Made by a program: the position numbers and the translations under genes. From contig OZ253449.1 in the NCBI GenBank assembly GCA_965261345.1, forward strand, positions 1,856,001 to 1,920,000: a stretch of 64,000 nt of DNA, read 5' to 3'. The stretch is from Chloroflexota bacterium. GTDB lineage: Bacteria > Chloroflexota > UBA11872 > VXNJ01. The stretch's first letter is position 1. Each line of letters begins with the position of its first letter. The notes under the pieces were generated by a model. It was not told where the DNA came from. It ran no database searches and saw only the letters and a program-made list of their open reading frames with translations. Of this stretch, positions 61,483 through 64,000 are shown in pieces.

Positions 61483-63938
61483 CCAAGCCGCAGCGAATTG
61501 GCCAGCACCAATAGTGTGCTAACAGCCATCGCCAGGGCCGCGAGCGCCGGATTGAATTGATAACCCAGGATCGGGTAGAAGACACCGGTTGCAAGAACGA
61601 TCAACACCACGGTGCTTGAAAACGCCAGCGCCAAGTTCACGTTTATCGTGAACCTGAGTTTGTTCACCAGGTCCATCGATCCGGCGATCCGCTCCAACCC
61701 GCCAGCGAGGATGCTAATGTCGGCGGCGTGGCTTGCCAGGTCGGATCCCGCCCCCACGGCGATGCCGAGGTCGGCCTCAGCTAGCGCCGGAGCGTCGTTG
61801 ACGCCGTCGCCGACCATTGCAACGCGCTGGCCGCTGCGGCGATATTGCCGCGCAATTTGCGCCTTTTCGGTGGGCGATTGATCGGCAAATACTTCACTGA
61901 TGCCCATCGCGGCAGCGATTGGTAGGGCCACGCTCGAACGATCGCCGGTGACTAAGACCGGTTCAATTCCCCGGCTTTTTAAATTGGCGATCTCGTGGTT
62001 GGCCTCGGGGCGAATCTCATCCTCTAGGAAAAACGTCGCCGCCAAAGCGCCGTCAACCGCCAGCATGGCCATGCCAAATTGCCCGATTTGGGTAGGGGTC
62101 GGAGCCAGAATCCCGGCTGCCGCCAAGTAAGCCGGCGAACCTGCCAAAATCGATTTGCCATCGACCGTGGCGCTTACTCCGCCGCCGAAATCGGCCGCGA
62201 AGCCTTCGGTTGGCCCGGCGGCGACCACATCTTGTTGGTGGGCGAAACGCCGGATGGCTTCACCGATTGGGTGCTCGGATTGACCCTCGACCGCACTGGC
62301 CAGCGCCAGCGCCTCGGTGCGATCGGTATCACCATGCAGCTCAATCGCCTTTACCTGCGGGCGACCGAGAGTGATGGTTCCGGTTTTGTCCAGCAAAAGA
62401 ACGTCGAATTCCCGCCCGGAGTCGATCGCCCGCCAGTTGCGCAGCAGGATTCCATTGCGAACGCCCAGCGAAACCCCCACGACGGTGGCCGATGGGATGG
62501 CCAACCCGATCGCGCAAGGGCAGGCCACGACCAGCACCGCAAACAGCGTCCTGATTGCCCCGGCCACCCCGGCGTCGGGAGCCAGGATGAGCCACGCCAG
62601 CGCCGCCAGCACGGCGATTCCGGTAACCACGGGGATGTACACTGCCGTAATCCTGGCAATCTTGGCGTCCCCGCCCACGCGCTGCGACTGGGTCAATTCG
62701 ACCTCGCGCACGATCTGGGCCAGTACCGATCGGTCGCAGGCTCGGCTGATTTTTACGCGCAGCGCACCATTGTGATTCTGACTGGAGCCGATCACTCGGT
62801 CGCCGGCCTGTTTGAGGATCGGTTGCGCCTCGCCCGTAAGCAGCGACTCGTCAACCGTAGATTGCCCGGAGACCACCTCGCCGTCCAGGGCGATCTGATC
62901 GCCGGGGCGAACGACCTGGATGTCCCCCGGGCGCAATTGGCGAACTTTAACTTCCCTGATTTGGCCATCGACTTCGACCATCGCCTGGCCCGCCCCCACC
63001 AGCTCGAGGAGCGAATCGTACTGGTTGCTGGTAATTGCCAGCGCCCGGGTTTGCAAAGCCTGGCCAGCGCTAACGATTGCAATGACTAAGGCCGCCTCGG
63101 CCAGGAAGAGCTCGCCCGGTGGGTTGCCGCTGGACCAGCTCGCGGCCAGCTCATAGAGACTCCATGCCAGCGCCGCGGTGGTGCTCAAGGAGACCAGAGC
63201 GTACATGTCCAGGCTGCGGCTGCGAAATGATCGCAGCGCCGATTCGTGAAAATCCCAGCCCAGCGCCAAGTAGACGGCCAGGGTGATTGCGGTCAAAAGC
63301 ACCAGGTCGTTGAGGGGCGCTGGGGCCGCAATCGGCAGCCACGATGATTGCCCCCAGAAGACCAGCAAACCGGCGATCAGGCCCGCCGCCGGACCGGCCC
63401 AGGCCGGCAATTGCGGGATCAAATCAACCAGCCGGTCCACGCTGTCGCTAAGTTTCTGCCAGGTCTGGCCGGCGGCCCCACCGGCTTCGCCACCACTACC
63501 GCGGGGTCGGGCTGTTACCTGCACGCTCACCGGGGCCAGGCCGGACTGGATGAGCTTGTCGGTGATTACCGCTTCGCCGGCATAGTCAGAAAACAGCTGG
63601 CATTCAATTAGCGATCCAGCCTGCCTTGCCCAATTGATTCCATCCAGGTCGAGCAGGGCATTGGTGGCGGCGCCAAGGCGGTCGGCATCAGCATCGGCAA
63701 ACTCGATCCGCGCTTCGGCGACATCGACCGCGTAGCCAAGCGAGCGGACGCGGTCGGCGATCGCGCCGGCGGTGGTAAGGGCCGGATCGATCTTGGCGAT
63801 GGCAGAGCGCGTTAGCAGCGAAACGCTGTGTTCAAGGACCCCCTCGCCGGCGATCGCGCCCTCCACCTTGGAGACACACCCCGCACAGTGCATTCCCTTC
63901 ACAGGGATCTGGATCAAGCGCTGGGTTGGCCTGGACAT
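61449..63938 (-). CDS. heavy-metal translocating P1B-type ATPase, CopA-like with atypical transmembrane ligands
   Basis: HMA GMHCAGC, TGE, CPC, DKTGT, SEHP, GDGVND. Confidence 0.9.
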   Translation of the reverse strand: MSRPTQRLIQIPVKGMHCAGCVSKVEGAIAGEGVLEHSVSLLTRSAIAKIDPALTTAGAIADRVRSLGYAVDVAEARIEFADADADRLGAATNALLDLDGINWARQAGSLIECQLFSDYAGEAVITDKLIQSGLAPVSVQVTARPRGSGGEAGGAAGQTWQKLSDSVDRLVDLIPQLPAWAGPAAGLIAGLLVFWGQSSWLPIAAPAPLNDLVLLTAITLAVYLALGWDFHESALRSFRSRSLDMYALVSLSTTAALAWSLYELAASWSSGNPPGELFLAEAALVIAIVSAGQALQTRALAITSNQYDSLLELVGAGQAMVEVDGQIREVKVRQLRPGDIQVVRPGDQIALDGEVVSGQSTVDESLLTGEAQPILKQAGDRVIGSSQNHNGALRVKISRACDRSVLAQIVREVELTQSQRVGGDAKIARITAVYIPVVTGIAVLAALAWLILAPDAGVAGAIRTLFAVLVVACPCAIGLAIPSATVVGVSLGVRNGILLRNWRAIDSGREFDVLLLDKTGTITLGRPQVKAIELHGDTDRTEALALASAVEGQSEHPIGEAIRRFAHQQDVVAAGPTEGFAADFGGGVSATVDGKSILAGSPAYLAAAGILAPTPTQIGQFGMAMLAVDGALAATFFLEDEIRPEANHEIANLKSRGIEPVLVTGDRSSVALPIAAAMGISEVFADQSPTEKAQIARQYRRSGQRVAMVGDGVNDAPALAEADLGIAVGAGSDLASHAADISILAGGLERIAGSMDLVNKLRFTINVNLALAFSSTVVLIVLATGVFYPILGYQFNPALAALAMAVSTLLVLANSLRLGYSEIVKSTAR

Positions 63939-64000
63939 TTGGGCCGGTCGGGTATTACCTTATGAGCACCAGGAGGATCGACGCACTGGTGGTCCGATTA

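Overview
GC-rich bacterial chromosomal window, most likely Chloroflexota and possibly a marine sponge symbiont. This taxonomy is inferred from Chloroflexi-type C-terminal surface repeats, a symbiont-type LRR protein and a T-box. It holds about 53 densely packed genes, mostly housekeeping or metabolic: der, a cmk-plsC fusion, kamA, a MacAB-like exporter, uvrB, tRNA-Leu(GAG), purE, icd, lgt, gyrB, plsX, ugd, polX, a complete trpE-G-D-CF-B-A operon under a Trp T-box, nrdR, nfi, a GH32 and a P1B ATPase. No CRISPR array, integrase, transposase, reverse transcriptase or prophage was seen. The most notable observations are: (1) an NrdR with a tandem duplicated zinc ribbon; (2) a lysine 2,3-aminomutase paired with a glutathionylspermidine-synthetase-like ATP-grasp ligase, a candidate beta-lysine ligation pathway; (3) a CopA-like pump that has lost most canonical Cu(I) ligands; (4) a T-box whose downstream hairpin sequesters the trpE ribosome-binding site instead of forming a terminator; (5) a polymerase-dead PolX-PHP; (6) a 6S-like structured intergenic RNA candidate. 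All calls come from reading motifs by eye; no searches or folding programs were run.
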